The notes beneath the pieces are model-generated. The model ran no database searches and had not been told where the DNA came from. It worked only from the letters and a program-made list of their open reading frames with translations. The position numbers and the translations under genes were made by a program. Below, one piece after another: positions 43,779 through 53,913 of a stretch of 63,054 nucleotides of DNA. Every line of letters begins with the position of its first letter. The stretch's first letter is position 1. Location: positions 1 to 63,054 of the forward strand of contig CALXBX010000055.1 in assembly GCA_944386655.1 (NCBI GenBank). The letters run 5' to 3'. The stretch comes from an uncultured Clostridia bacterium (GTDB lineage Bacteria > Bacillota > Clostridia > TANB77 > CAG-508).

Positions 43779-45011
43779 TTATTCTACTTCAAATGACATA
43801 ACAAAGTCTGTTCCATCTAGGAGTTGCATAAAAAATATTTTTTGCCTCTCTTCTGCTGCTGCACTTGCTCTTTCTTTGTATGGTACTGTAATAACATAAA
43901 TATTACCTTGTTGAATTGCTCTCATTTCTCCTAAATAGTTAGTTTCAAAGAAAGTATTTCTGGCATATTCTTCAAATTGTTCTATTGTTGGAAAATTATT
44001 TTGTTTAAAAGTATTATCTAAATGAGAATACACTTGTTCATAGTCTTGATTGTCTAACATTGTAAAAATATTTCTTATATTTCTAGCTACTTTAGAATCT
44101 GAACTTAGTTCATTGTATTCTTCTACTATTTCCTCAGATTGTACCGTATAATTATCTAATAATATGCTATACTGCATAAAATCAAATTCTTTTATAATAA
44201 AAGTTTTACCATTTGCTGTTTGTACTTCATATTTTGTATATCCCTCTTCTTCCTGTTCTGTATAACTTGTGACACTATCTGCCCTCATATCTTCTATGTT
44301 TAAGTTCAAATAATCCACATAAGTTTGTATATCATTATTAAATTTTTCAAGTCTATATTCTTCATCTAGCATATCAAATGATTCTTGAGGGTTATTTATG
44401 GATATATATACATATTTTTCATAATACAATGAAAGGATGTCTTCCTCTACTACATTTAATGCTTCTTGAAATTGATTATACTGATTTTTCTCTATAGTAT
44501 TATTTTCTCTATCCATTTCTTGAATTCCCTGTTCTAATGCCGTCTCATAATCTGTCTGATTTACTTGTTCTATTTGAAATGTTTGATTTTGAAAATCTAG
44601 ATAAATTTTAAGATAAAGAGTGTTGCTTGTATTATTGGCGTCTGTATATGCTGCTTCTATATATCCTATACCATTTTCTAATAAATCTGCATAATATATA
44701 TCTTTTACTATAAAATTATCCGTATTTGCTAATTCTTGTATATTTTGAGATTCTTTCGCAGTAACAGCCTGCAAGGCTTCTTGATTTGCATTTCGTGAAT
44801 AATAATAGTATCGGCTTACTATATTTTTTATTGTTATATAAAAGTTTGCACGATCTACTTTTTCCAATTCATAAGAAGCTTCTAAATTTATTCCTTGTTG
44901 TTCTACTACTTCATCTATATTAGATTGCATCAATATGATTATAATTCCTATTGCGACGATTGCTAATACCAGCAATAGAATAATGATAATTTTAAAACTC
45001 TTTTTATTCAC
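43779..45011 (-). CDS. N-terminally anchored hypothetical protein, in the position of the VirB8-like component (Tn916 Orf13/TcpC)
   Basis: GTG start with AGGAG SD overlapping the end of the upstream gene. One TM (FKIIIILLLVLAIVAIGIIIILM) plus a ~380-aa ectodomain. The VirB8-like assignment is from position only. Confidence 0.35.
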   Translation of the reverse strand: MNKKSFKIIIILLLVLAIVAIGIIIILMQSNIDEVVEQQGINLEASYELEKVDRANFYITIKNIVSRYYYYSRNANQEALQAVTAKESQNIQELANTDNFIVKDIYYADLLENGIGYIEAAYTDANNTSNTLYLKIYLDFQNQTFQIEQVNQTDYETALEQGIQEMDRENNTIEKNQYNQFQEALNVVEEDILSLYYEKYVYISINNPQESFDMLDEEYRLEKFNNDIQTYVDYLNLNIEDMRADSVTSYTEQEEEGYTKYEVQTANGKTFIIKEFDFMQYSILLDNYTVQSEEIVEEYNELSSDSKVARNIRNIFTMLDNQDYEQVYSHLDNTFKQNNFPTIEQFEEYARNTFFETNYLGEMRAIQQGNIYVITVPYKERASAAAEERQKIFFMQLLDGTDFVMSFEVE

Positions 45012-45022
45012 AATATTTACTC

Positions 45023-48000
45023 CTATTCACTAACATAAATTACTTTTTTATTGTCTTCTAACACTTTATCTACTGGATACCAACCAGTATCCTGATTATC
45101 TCCTACGTTAGAAACGTATACCTGATTTCCCTTTGCTTCTAGTGCTACAAAATAATGACCACTTGAATTACTCCAATATCCATGTCCTGCATTAATAATA
45201 GCTACATTTCCTGTATTTAAATGATTTAATAACTCTTCTGCTGTTACAGGACTTCCTGTGTCCACCGCTGTTAATCCATAATCTTGTAATGTACCTGCTA
45301 CAGGAATTCCACCGCTATTGCCTAATTTCCTGATATCTTCTGGAGTAGCATCGATTCCATAACCAGACAATACCACTGCTACTGATGTTGCAGAACATCC
45401 ACTACTTTTCATAGTTCCCCCCGCAAATGGGCTGTAGGCATAACTTCCTAAAAATTGTTTATATTCTTTAAATCTTCTTCCATTCGCTGTTACATATACT
45501 TTTGAATATCCATCTCCACTTTCTGAAACTCCAAATCCTTCTTCTATGTCTCCGCTAGAATTTCCTGATGTATTATCTTCTATATTTGCTCCCAATAAAG
45601 AATACATTTTCTTAACTGTACTTGTTACATTTTTTACCCAACCATCGCCTTGTGTAGGATATTTATCTGTATTAGGACAATAGGTAAGTCCTATTTCTTT
45701 TATTGTATATTTTCCTTGTGTAAAGTAATAACTTCCTGTTGCAATTCCTCTTATTGTTGTTCTTACATTTTCTTGTGGTGATGAATACTTTGTTCCTAAA
45801 TTCCAACTTGCCCAGTTGTTGTCTCTATTTACGTAATTCGTATTAGCTGTTCCCATAGAGGTTTCTTGCTGTACAAATGCTAGTACAAATAAGGCATTTA
45901 CATGATATTGCTCTTGTCCCTCTATTAAAACATCTACTAGGCTTAGTGCATTTTCTCTTTGCTCTCCATAATATTTAGCATTAATGACGTGAAGCAATTG
46001 TTCTTCTGTTACAGGAGTTGCTGCATTAGCTTCATCTGTTTTTACAATAATATCTTCCACTCCAACAATGATATCTGTAATTGTATCTTTTATATCATCT
46101 ATTACTTCTCCAATTCCTTCTAGTAATAAATCCTTTACTGTATAGACTTCATTTGGTGGAAATGTCATTAAATAACGCATATGTTCTACAAGCCCTTGCA
46201 TTTCTACTACATATGCACTTTCATAATCTTCCTCTGCTAAGTAATCTTGTTGTACATTATATGCATCATCTATATTATTCACCAATTTATCTTCTTCAGT
46301 ATATCCACTTGTATTAGATTGCAATAATGCATATAACATTTCTAAACCACTTTCTAATTTATTTAGTGGCATTTCATATCTATCCATATTAGGAATTCTA
46401 TAGGATACATTAATTCCTTCTTCATCAAATACCGCTTCTTCCGCACAATATTTAGCGTTATCCCATGTATTTTTTTCATAGCAATCATATGGACATTCTC
46501 CTGTTGAATTTCGTAGTAATCCTAAAAATTGTTTTGATTTTTCTACAGAATTTTTGATAGTTGCTGGATTATAAGTAGTTGTTGTATGAATTACTTGCGT
46601 CTTGGTTCTCGTCTGTGTTGTAAATGTATCATACCAGTATTCTGGTTGATCCTCCATAATAGGATCCCCATTTAAATATTCACCAACTTGTACTTCTCCT
46701 CCTTCATTATACCCAGATAAAGTATCTCTTACATTTCCCGCTCCAATTACTGGCTCTTCGTCTTCTTCTAATGTTCCTGTTATATTTTTAGTATACTCAA
46801 ATTCTTCATAGAAACTCCATGTATCTGCATACTCTACTAGTAATTGTGGCTCTTGTGTTGTTACAGTTTTTACAGTTCTTGTTTTTTCTGTCCTTTGATT
46901 AGAAATTTCTGCTCCTGCTGTAGAAGGGCTACTATTTTTATAATCTTGTTTATCTTCTTCTCTTTCTACCGCAGTTCTTACAATAGTCGTATCATCTTGT
47001 ATTGCTAAAACAATCTGTGTATTTCTTGATAATAAAGCTACATGGTAAACAAATTCTGGATTTTGTGTGATTTCACACAACGTAATTAAAAATTCGAACG
47101 GCATGGCATATTTAGAAACATAATCTTTGTATGGTAATCTTATTGTTTCCATTTCATAAGTAACTTGTCCTCCCATATTTTTATCTGCTAGCCATTCTCT
47201 TAAACCAGAAAACCATTGACCAATAATTCCTGATAGCTCGTTAGTATCCGACTCCACTACTCTTGTCTCTGTAATCTTGGCTACTAATAATTCATCGGTT
47301 TCTTTATCTATACTAAATTTGTAACGTACGTCTGGATTGTTATTCTCTATCATTTGCTGGAATTCTTCTATATCCACATATTCCATTTGTCTATAACTGC
47401 CATTATCTACTTTTACGTTATTTTCTGCATAGTTTCCATTTTCAAACTCACTTTCGTCAATACTTTCTTGTCTAGTAGTTCTATATAAATAAATACCCCC
47501 ATCTACTTTATTAATATTTTCATGACCATGTCCATCTGTTGCAATTAAATTTGTTCCTCTTGTTTTATGAAACTGTTGTGTAATAATATCTGCTCTTATG
47601 AATTCTGATATGTATTTTTCTACTAATTCCTTATTTTCTGTATCTGCCATTAGCTCATCAAAGTTTTTGCCATCACTACCATCTCCTAAAAGTCTTAAAT
47701 CTGAAATAGAAATTCCTTGGTTACCTAAATCTTTTATATAATTTTCTACGATGGTATATTTTCGTTTTTCTATAGAAATGGTATTACCTTCTTCATCTAT
47801 TGCAGTATTATTATCAATCCATCTTCCAGCTTCTTTTAACTCTTCTTCTGTTCCTAAAGTTTCTCCTGTTTCTGCGTTAATAAAATATTCTTGTCCTTCA
47901 CTTAAATCTATCCAATAATCATTCGTAATCCATTGCCACATTTCGGATAGACCAGTGCTTACTTTTGAACCTAATTCAATTAATGTATTTTTTATAGTAT

Positions 48001-48271
48001 TTCCTATTGCAAAGATAGTAGATGCGACAATAACAACAATAAGAACAGGTACTGCTATTTGCATCAAAAGATGTATAATCATTTTTCTTCTAAAACTTTT
48101 ACTTTTTAATAAATTTAATCCATTTTTAGCAGCACCAAGCCAATTACCAGATGCCGCATTAGCCCCTGCTTTTAGCGCTTCTTTTCCTTGATTAGCTGTC
48201 TCTTTTACTTCATTTCCTATAGGATTTCCTTGCCCACTCTTTTGTACTTGATTTTGCCCTTTGTCTTCCAT
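45023..48271 (-). CDS. T4SS-associated two-domain cell-wall hydrolase (GH73 glucosaminidase-like + C39-like papain-fold cysteine peptidase) with N-terminal TM and ~700-aa unknown region
   Basis: Start set to ATG 48271 (GGTGGTG SD); the track start is a GTG. NALFVLAFVQQETSMGT resembles the GH73 catalytic Glu region. The C-terminus has SSGCSATSVAVVLSGYG (Cys) and SGHYFVALEAKG (His), like Peptidase_C39_2. Analogous to CwlT/PrgK/TcpG. Confidence 0.65.
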   Translation of the reverse strand: MEDKGQNQVQKSGQGNPIGNEVKETANQGKEALKAGANAASGNWLGAAKNGLNLLKSKSFRRKMIIHLLMQIAVPVLIVVIVASTIFAIGNTIKNTLIELGSKVSTGLSEMWQWITNDYWIDLSEGQEYFINAETGETLGTEEELKEAGRWIDNNTAIDEEGNTISIEKRKYTIVENYIKDLGNQGISISDLRLLGDGSDGKNFDELMADTENKELVEKYISEFIRADIITQQFHKTRGTNLIATDGHGHENINKVDGGIYLYRTTRQESIDESEFENGNYAENNVKVDNGSYRQMEYVDIEEFQQMIENNNPDVRYKFSIDKETDELLVAKITETRVVESDTNELSGIIGQWFSGLREWLADKNMGGQVTYEMETIRLPYKDYVSKYAMPFEFLITLCEITQNPEFVYHVALLSRNTQIVLAIQDDTTIVRTAVEREEDKQDYKNSSPSTAGAEISNQRTEKTRTVKTVTTQEPQLLVEYADTWSFYEEFEYTKNITGTLEEDEEPVIGAGNVRDTLSGYNEGGEVQVGEYLNGDPIMEDQPEYWYDTFTTQTRTKTQVIHTTTTYNPATIKNSVEKSKQFLGLLRNSTGECPYDCYEKNTWDNAKYCAEEAVFDEEGINVSYRIPNMDRYEMPLNKLESGLEMLYALLQSNTSGYTEEDKLVNNIDDAYNVQQDYLAEEDYESAYVVEMQGLVEHMRYLMTFPPNEVYTVKDLLLEGIGEVIDDIKDTITDIIVGVEDIIVKTDEANAATPVTEEQLLHVINAKYYGEQRENALSLVDVLIEGQEQYHVNALFVLAFVQQETSMGTANTNYVNRDNNWASWNLGTKYSSPQENVRTTIRGIATGSYYFTQGKYTIKEIGLTYCPNTDKYPTQGDGWVKNVTSTVKKMYSLLGANIEDNTSGNSSGDIEEGFGVSESGDGYSKVYVTANGRRFKEYKQFLGSYAYSPFAGGTMKSSGCSATSVAVVLSGYGIDATPEDIRKLGNSGGIPVAGTLQDYGLTAVDTGSPVTAEELLNHLNTGNVAIINAGHGYWSNSSGHYFVALEAKGNQVYVSNVGDNQDTGWYPVDKVLEDNKKVIYVSE

Positions 48272-48288
48272 ATTCACCACCACTTCTA

Positions 48289-49230
48289 TTATATATTAAC
48301 ACTTATTCTGTATCTTGTTTGCATTTCTTCTGGATTATTGTTATATGTTTCACTATCCGGAACAATATCTGAAAATACAATTCCTCTTGTTTTTATATCT
48401 ACACTATAAATTTTATTAAATTTAATACGATAGATCCTGCTAAAGTGAGCTGGTATCTCATATAAATTGCTCGCTATTTCATGAATAAAAGAATTATAGG
48501 AAACATTGTTATCTCCCACTGCATATATACTCTTGGAACTCTTTCTCGTATCTATCAAAATAGGTGTATCTCTATTATTTTCTACTTTAATCTCGTATAT
48601 TTCATAATCTTTATAGATTTCTTGTGTCACAACAGTTATTTTTATGTCATTACTTTCTGCTTCTTTATTTACCTCATTTTTTTTGATAAAACTATTAATA
48701 TTTAATTTTCCGTTTTCTGACGATTGATCAACGGTTATATAGTCTTGATAATAATCTTCCTCTGTCCTACCTGTTGCTAGCATATTGTGATATAAGGTAA
48801 CCCTATACGTATATTGTTTCTCTTCACTAAGAAAATTCTCTATATCGGCTATTCTTTCGCTAGTAAAAATAGTATTATAATATCCATTTTGAAAATCTTC
48901 TTGCGTTGGAAATAATGTTTCTTTGCATTCTTCTGTTAGCATCCCATAGGCACTAGCAATATTTCCGGCATTACAATACGCAATAAATTCCTCTATCACT
49001 TCTACATTACTTTTCGTTTGCTCTTCACTTACGGTATCTCCCCCCACAATAGATTGTGTAGGCAGATTCTCATCATATGTATTGGTATCACGGTTTGCAT
49101 TTTCGCTTTCCCTTTGTGCTATTGCCATCTGATTTAATACTTGAATAATGATAATAAGAAAGACTATTACAGCAATAATTGTGATAATTTTTCTTCTATT
49201 TTGATTCCAATATCTTACTAAATTATTCAT
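48289..49230 (-). CDS. N-terminally anchored hypothetical protein of the T4SS-like operon
   Basis: One TM (IITIIAVIVFLIIIIQVL). The ectodomain begins EFIAYCNAGNIASAYGMLTEECK, possibly an NTF2-like fold. No firm motif. Confidence 0.4.
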   Translation of the reverse strand: MNNLVRYWNQNRRKIITIIAVIVFLIIIIQVLNQMAIAQRESENANRDTNTYDENLPTQSIVGGDTVSEEQTKSNVEVIEEFIAYCNAGNIASAYGMLTEECKETLFPTQEDFQNGYYNTIFTSERIADIENFLSEEKQYTYRVTLYHNMLATGRTEEDYYQDYITVDQSSENGKLNINSFIKKNEVNKEAESNDIKITVVTQEIYKDYEIYEIKVENNRDTPILIDTRKSSKSIYAVGDNNVSYNSFIHEIASNLYEIPAHFSRIYRIKFNKIYSVDIKTRGIVFSDIVPDSETYNNNPEEMQTRYRISVNI

Positions 49231-49260
49231 TGTAATAGTCCTCCTTTAATTTTCTATGTT

Positions 49261-51912
49261 TTAATTATTGGATTGTGATGGATTATTGTTTCCATTGTTG
49301 TTAGAATTATTAGATTGTGATGGATTATTATTTCCATTGTTGTTAGCATTATTTGCTGGTGCAGGTTGACGATTTGTATTACTTGGTCTTTTTACTGATC
49401 CATAACCTTGCTGTCTTCTTAATATATCAATTTGCCTATCCGCCATAGCCTCTGCTTGCTGTATTGATAGATTTTTATTTGCATTCCTAAAGTCATCTAC
49501 CATAGCATTTCTTGTTTGATCTACTGTCTTATCGTCTACTGTATAGCCTGCTTTTTTAGCATATGCTGCTGCTCTAGCAGACTCTTTGCTATCATATCCA
49601 AATTGTTCTGCTCTTTGTAATTTCGCAATTTCTTCTGGATTGGTATAGCCTTTATCTACATAATCGCTCATTCTGTCCATTTGTTCTTGTACCTGTGCAG
49701 AAGTTGGCAATTCATTCTCTTTTAATTCTCCATTGGCTTGTAAGATTGCTTTAGCTTGTTGTCTTGCAAATTCCCAATTTTCGTCGCTATTTTGAAATTC
49801 TTCTAACCTTTGTTTTTTTGCATATTCTTTATCTCCATAATATCCTTGTTTGAACCTTGTAGCAGTATTTCTAGCAACATTTCCAACTCCTTTTTCTATA
49901 CCTTGAGAGATACGTCCCCCTACTTTATTTCCAAAACCTGCTCCTGCTGTTGCTCCTGCTACCATACCTGTTACACCGTTTCCAGCTATAATACCACCAA
50001 CAAGTCCAACTGTTCCTCCAACTAATGCTCCTGCTGCTGTTGTTGCTGTACGAGTTGCTGTACGAGTTGCCAACTTCAAAGTTTTCTTTCCTGCTCCCCA
50101 AAGTCCTTTTCCAACAGCTCCCGCTATAGTTTTTACTGGCTGTTGTTTCAATTGCATTAATTTTCTATGAGTTCCTTTTTTAGGATGAAATACTCTTCCA
50201 AATCCTCTTTTTACACTTTTTTTATTTTGATCTTCATCTTGGTTTTGTGTTCTTATATTTCTCCTGCTATTTCCAGTTGCATTATTATCCGTGTTGTCTG
50301 TTCCTCCAGTATCAGCATTTCCAGTGCCTATACCCTGAGGACTTCCATCTCCTGTATCTGTTGGCGTTCCTGAACCTGATGCGTTTCCTCCTTGTTGATT
50401 TTGTGGATTACCTGTTCCTCCATCTTGCCCTTGGTCTAATCTTCTGTTTACTCCTTCTTCTGCATTTTCTCCATTAGTTCCTTGGCTTTCAGTTCCTGGA
50501 GTTCCATCTCCTGCTTCATCCGCAATAGAATTTAATTCTCCATTACCGGAAAATCTAGGTGGTTTTTCTGCATCTCCTGAACTATTGTTACCACTTCCTC
50601 CACCATCTTTTCCTCCAGAAACTTTACTACCAGCTTTATTAAATAATTTCGATGCTACTGTTCCTGCTACTGCTGCTCCAGTAAGTGCTCCTACAGTTCC
50701 TGCACCCGCCTTATTAAATCCAAATATATTTCTTAGAATCTTCTCTGCTGGTATTAAAAAGCCTATTGCTGCAATTGTATAAAGAATATTAGATTCTGCT
50801 AGTCCCATAGCCGAAGATACTAGCACTGTATATATAATTAGATGAAATGGTTGTAATAAAGCATTATACACATATTCTTTTAACCATGCGTTAAATGCTT
50901 GTGCTGTTCCATCACTTAGTTTATCTATTGGATAAGTAAGAGCTACCAATGGTGCAATAATGGTTAAAAATGCCATCATTAATAACCTCTTTAAATACAT
51001 CCATGTAAAAACACAAGTATATCCTACCAATATAATATATAAAATTAAATATGTAACCTTTGTACCTAAATCTGCGTATTGTGTTTTAAATCTTGCTTCT
51101 CCTAACAAGTTGGTTGTAAATGAGTTTCCATCAACATCTCCCCCTTCTAAGGTAATTTTTATAGTATCTGATCCATCTCCTCCAATTGCATCACAAATGG
51201 ATTCTGTCATAGTTAGTACAAATGACATAATATAATGTAAAAAGAAAACTAAACAAAGTGCTATTAACCAATCTTGAAACATTTGTTTATATTTTGCTTT
51301 ATCACCAGAAGTGCTAGAAAGTATCATTCTAATTCCAACATAAACTAATACGGAAAGTAATCCCACAACTGCTAAATTTCTCAAAGCAACATACCATTGT
51401 GCTATTGTATCTTGCAATTGCCCAGCGGAACTCAAAGGTTCCCCTTTATCGTCATAACCAAATCTTTCATTATTCGGTGAAATAAAATTAATATCTAAGC
51501 CTGCTACATTTCCTGCAAAAATTTGCTCTGGGCTATAAGTCGAAACTGGTATATGAAAGTCATCACTTAATCCTAACCACCCTTTGTCAAACTCATCCAC
51601 ATTCACGGTTCCTCCATCTGTTCTGGGGTTTCCTGTTGCCTGAGTTCCATATGTTGCAAAATAATCTTTACTTGACATTAAAAATGCTTGCAGTGAAGCA
51701 CTTTCTGTACCTACCCATTCTCTTGTCATAACTCCTTGCACTAAATTAATTACTATATCACCCAAACTTGCTATCAAATCTACAATAGGAGAAAGTAGTA
51801 TTCCTCCAATATCTGCTCTGGAATAAGTTGGTGTTATGAAGTTAAAAGATAACATTATCATAATACTTACTATTATCTTTTGTAGAATGCCTTTTTTAGT
51901 AAAAATTTTCAT
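49261..51912 (-). CDS. VirB6-like polytopic membrane protein (ConG/TcpH/Orf15 analogue) with Gly-rich and Asn-rich low-complexity C-terminal half
   Basis: At least 7 TM helices in aa 1-400, a G/S/T/N-rich segment at aa ~430-560, a second hydrophobic Gly-zipper patch (GALVGGTVGLVGGIIAGNGVTGMVAGATAGAGFG) and an Asn-rich tail. Sits directly after VirB4, as in Firmicute T4SSs. Confidence 0.6.
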   Translation of the reverse strand: MKIFTKKGILQKIIVSIMIMLSFNFITPTYSRADIGGILLSPIVDLIASLGDIVINLVQGVMTREWVGTESASLQAFLMSSKDYFATYGTQATGNPRTDGGTVNVDEFDKGWLGLSDDFHIPVSTYSPEQIFAGNVAGLDINFISPNNERFGYDDKGEPLSSAGQLQDTIAQWYVALRNLAVVGLLSVLVYVGIRMILSSTSGDKAKYKQMFQDWLIALCLVFFLHYIMSFVLTMTESICDAIGGDGSDTIKITLEGGDVDGNSFTTNLLGEARFKTQYADLGTKVTYLILYIILVGYTCVFTWMYLKRLLMMAFLTIIAPLVALTYPIDKLSDGTAQAFNAWLKEYVYNALLQPFHLIIYTVLVSSAMGLAESNILYTIAAIGFLIPAEKILRNIFGFNKAGAGTVGALTGAAVAGTVASKLFNKAGSKVSGGKDGGGSGNNSSGDAEKPPRFSGNGELNSIADEAGDGTPGTESQGTNGENAEEGVNRRLDQGQDGGTGNPQNQQGGNASGSGTPTDTGDGSPQGIGTGNADTGGTDNTDNNATGNSRRNIRTQNQDEDQNKKSVKRGFGRVFHPKKGTHRKLMQLKQQPVKTIAGAVGKGLWGAGKKTLKLATRTATRTATTAAGALVGGTVGLVGGIIAGNGVTGMVAGATAGAGFGNKVGGRISQGIEKGVGNVARNTATRFKQGYYGDKEYAKKQRLEEFQNSDENWEFARQQAKAILQANGELKENELPTSAQVQEQMDRMSDYVDKGYTNPEEIAKLQRAEQFGYDSKESARAAAYAKKAGYTVDDKTVDQTRNAMVDDFRNANKNLSIQQAEAMADRQIDILRRQQGYGSVKRPSNTNRQPAPANNANNNGNNNPSQSNNSNNNGNNNPSQSNN
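49264..49347 (-). repeat. 2 x 42-nt tandem repeat encoding (A/S)NNNGNNNPSQSNN at the extreme C-terminus of the VirB6-like protein
   Basis: Protein tail ...ANNNGNNNPSQSNNSNNNGNNNPSQSNN*. The DNA units are near-identical. Confidence 0.85.
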
Positions 51913-51930
51913 TTACTTTATGTCCTCCCC

Positions 51931-53913
51931 TTAGTATTCATTCTGGTTTCTATTTTGATTCATTTGTACTAATTTATTAATATTGGTTTCTACAAATTCA
52001 AACTCCTTAGCCGTTGGAGTAATTTGAATAATTGCAGAGTCAGCTCCTACTTTTAAAAGACCTTCACCTTTTAAACAAGTTACTAAAAAGTTAGCCTCTC
52101 CGGAACTTAGTTTAAATACTTCTTTTAAATACTCTATTTCTGATTTATCTTGTGCTAAAAATAATTTTGTATCGGAAGAAGTAAGAACTGCTTGTGCCTC
52201 TGGCTTTTCATAAAAGTCTTGAAATCTTTGAGAAACAATTGCCAAAGATACATTTCTTTTTCTAGCACGACGTGCCATTTTATTTAAGAAATCTACTGCT
52301 TCTGGATAAGGTAAAAGCATCCATGCCTCGTCTACAAGCACCCTTTTCTTTGATGCTCTTGTTCTATCTTCACTATTTTTCTTAACATATTTTTCCCAAA
52401 TCCAAGAAAGTAGAATTTGTTGTGCAAGTGGTCTTGCAAACCTTTCCTCTAGTTGAGAAATATCTAGATTTATAAATAACGTGCCATCTAATAAATCAAA
52501 AGTAGATTGTCCATCAAAATATGCCATTTGACCATCATATTCTCTTATGTATTGTTTCATAACTTTTAATAAATAACTATAATGGAATTGATAATCTACA
52601 TTAGTATTTGTCTGTGCTTTTCTCTGTATTCTTTTGTACCAAGAACCAATCGTTGGCATCTCTTTTCTTTGCCTTCCCAACGAATTTGTTGCAGTCATAT
52701 TATTAGAGGCAAATAAACTATTTGGGTCATTTGTAATTCCTAATGCACTATATTCTTCTGCTACTGATTCAGCAATAATTTGTTTTGTAAGCTCATTTAC
52801 TTCTGTACTTCTTGTACTACCTCTTGCCATAGTAAGCAATGCTTGTGTAACGTCTTCTACTTTATTTTCCACATTCACTACTGATCTAGATTTACCTGTA
52901 ATTTCGTCTTTTACTACTTCTGGTTCTATATCAAATAGATTAATAATTGTTTTGGAGGTAGGGCTTAGTACTACATTCGTTCCTCCCAAGCTTTCTGCTA
53001 CAATACTATATTCCCCCTCAGCATCTAGTGCCAAGCTTTGTATTCCCATTAAAACTGCCGACCTAGATATAAGCGTTTTCATTGTAACGGATTTACCAGC
53101 ACCAGACTTTGCAAAAATTACCATGTTGTAGTTGGAAAGTGATGAGTGAAAATTATCAAATAAAATTGGTACTCCTGTTTGTTTATTAAATCCTAATGGA
53201 ATACCTGTTGGATGTCCCACCTCAGAAGTTGTAAAAGGAAATACTGTTCCCATGGATCTACGATCAAATATATGTGTTTTTTTAATTTTATCTTGCATTA
53301 AAGGAACATTACTTTGAAATGCTTCTTCCTGCATTCCCCATGCACTTTTTACTCCTACTAAAGATTTTGACATTTCTGACGCCAATAATTTTGTAAATCT
53401 ATTTAAATCCTCTAAACTATAGGCAAATAATGTAGATACAATCGATGCTTCAAATAATTTATTATATCCTGCCGCAATTTCATCTCTTAATTGCTCAGCT
53501 TCCCATCTTTTTTGTCCAAGGGTACTTTCTCTGTTGATATTTCCTCTATCTGCCGCTACTATTCTTTCTGTTTCCAACTCATTAATAGTTCTATTTAATT
53601 CATTTTGTGATCTAGATTCTGCTATTGGATTGATATAAATAGAAGTATTAATATCACCAAATAAATACATATCTCTGAACAGTTCTGGGAAAGTAGCCAT
53701 TCTTGGAAGAGTAGAAACAAAGAAACTTCTTGCATATCTTGTTACATTAGAAATAATTTCCAAGTGGTCAATATTACTTGCATCCACCCCTGAAGGAGCA
53801 ATTAGTTCTTTTATCGTTTTTTTCTTTAAAATTTGATATTCATCTGGTTGCGTATAATCATTCTGAAACTGTCTTTGGCTTTCTGCCTCTTCTTGTTTTC
53901 TTTTCTTGAACAT
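51931..53913 (-). CDS. VirB4-family T4SS ATPase (Firmicute ConE/TcpF/Orf16, CD1110-like type)
   Basis: N-terminus KELIAPSGVDASNIDHLEI...YARSFFVSTLPR is typical of this family. Walker A AKSGAGKS (nt 53089..53112). Walker B RVLVDEAW. GAAGGAGGA SD 9 nt upstream. Confidence 0.85.
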   Translation of the reverse strand: MFKKRKQEEAESQRQFQNDYTQPDEYQILKKKTIKELIAPSGVDASNIDHLEIISNVTRYARSFFVSTLPRMATFPELFRDMYLFGDINTSIYINPIAESRSQNELNRTINELETERIVAADRGNINRESTLGQKRWEAEQLRDEIAAGYNKLFEASIVSTLFAYSLEDLNRFTKLLASEMSKSLVGVKSAWGMQEEAFQSNVPLMQDKIKKTHIFDRRSMGTVFPFTTSEVGHPTGIPLGFNKQTGVPILFDNFHSSLSNYNMVIFAKSGAGKSVTMKTLISRSAVLMGIQSLALDAEGEYSIVAESLGGTNVVLSPTSKTIINLFDIEPEVVKDEITGKSRSVVNVENKVEDVTQALLTMARGSTRSTEVNELTKQIIAESVAEEYSALGITNDPNSLFASNNMTATNSLGRQRKEMPTIGSWYKRIQRKAQTNTNVDYQFHYSYLLKVMKQYIREYDGQMAYFDGQSTFDLLDGTLFINLDISQLEERFARPLAQQILLSWIWEKYVKKNSEDRTRASKKRVLVDEAWMLLPYPEAVDFLNKMARRARKRNVSLAIVSQRFQDFYEKPEAQAVLTSSDTKLFLAQDKSEIEYLKEVFKLSSGEANFLVTCLKGEGLLKVGADSAIIQITPTAKEFEFVETNINKLVQMNQNRNQNEY

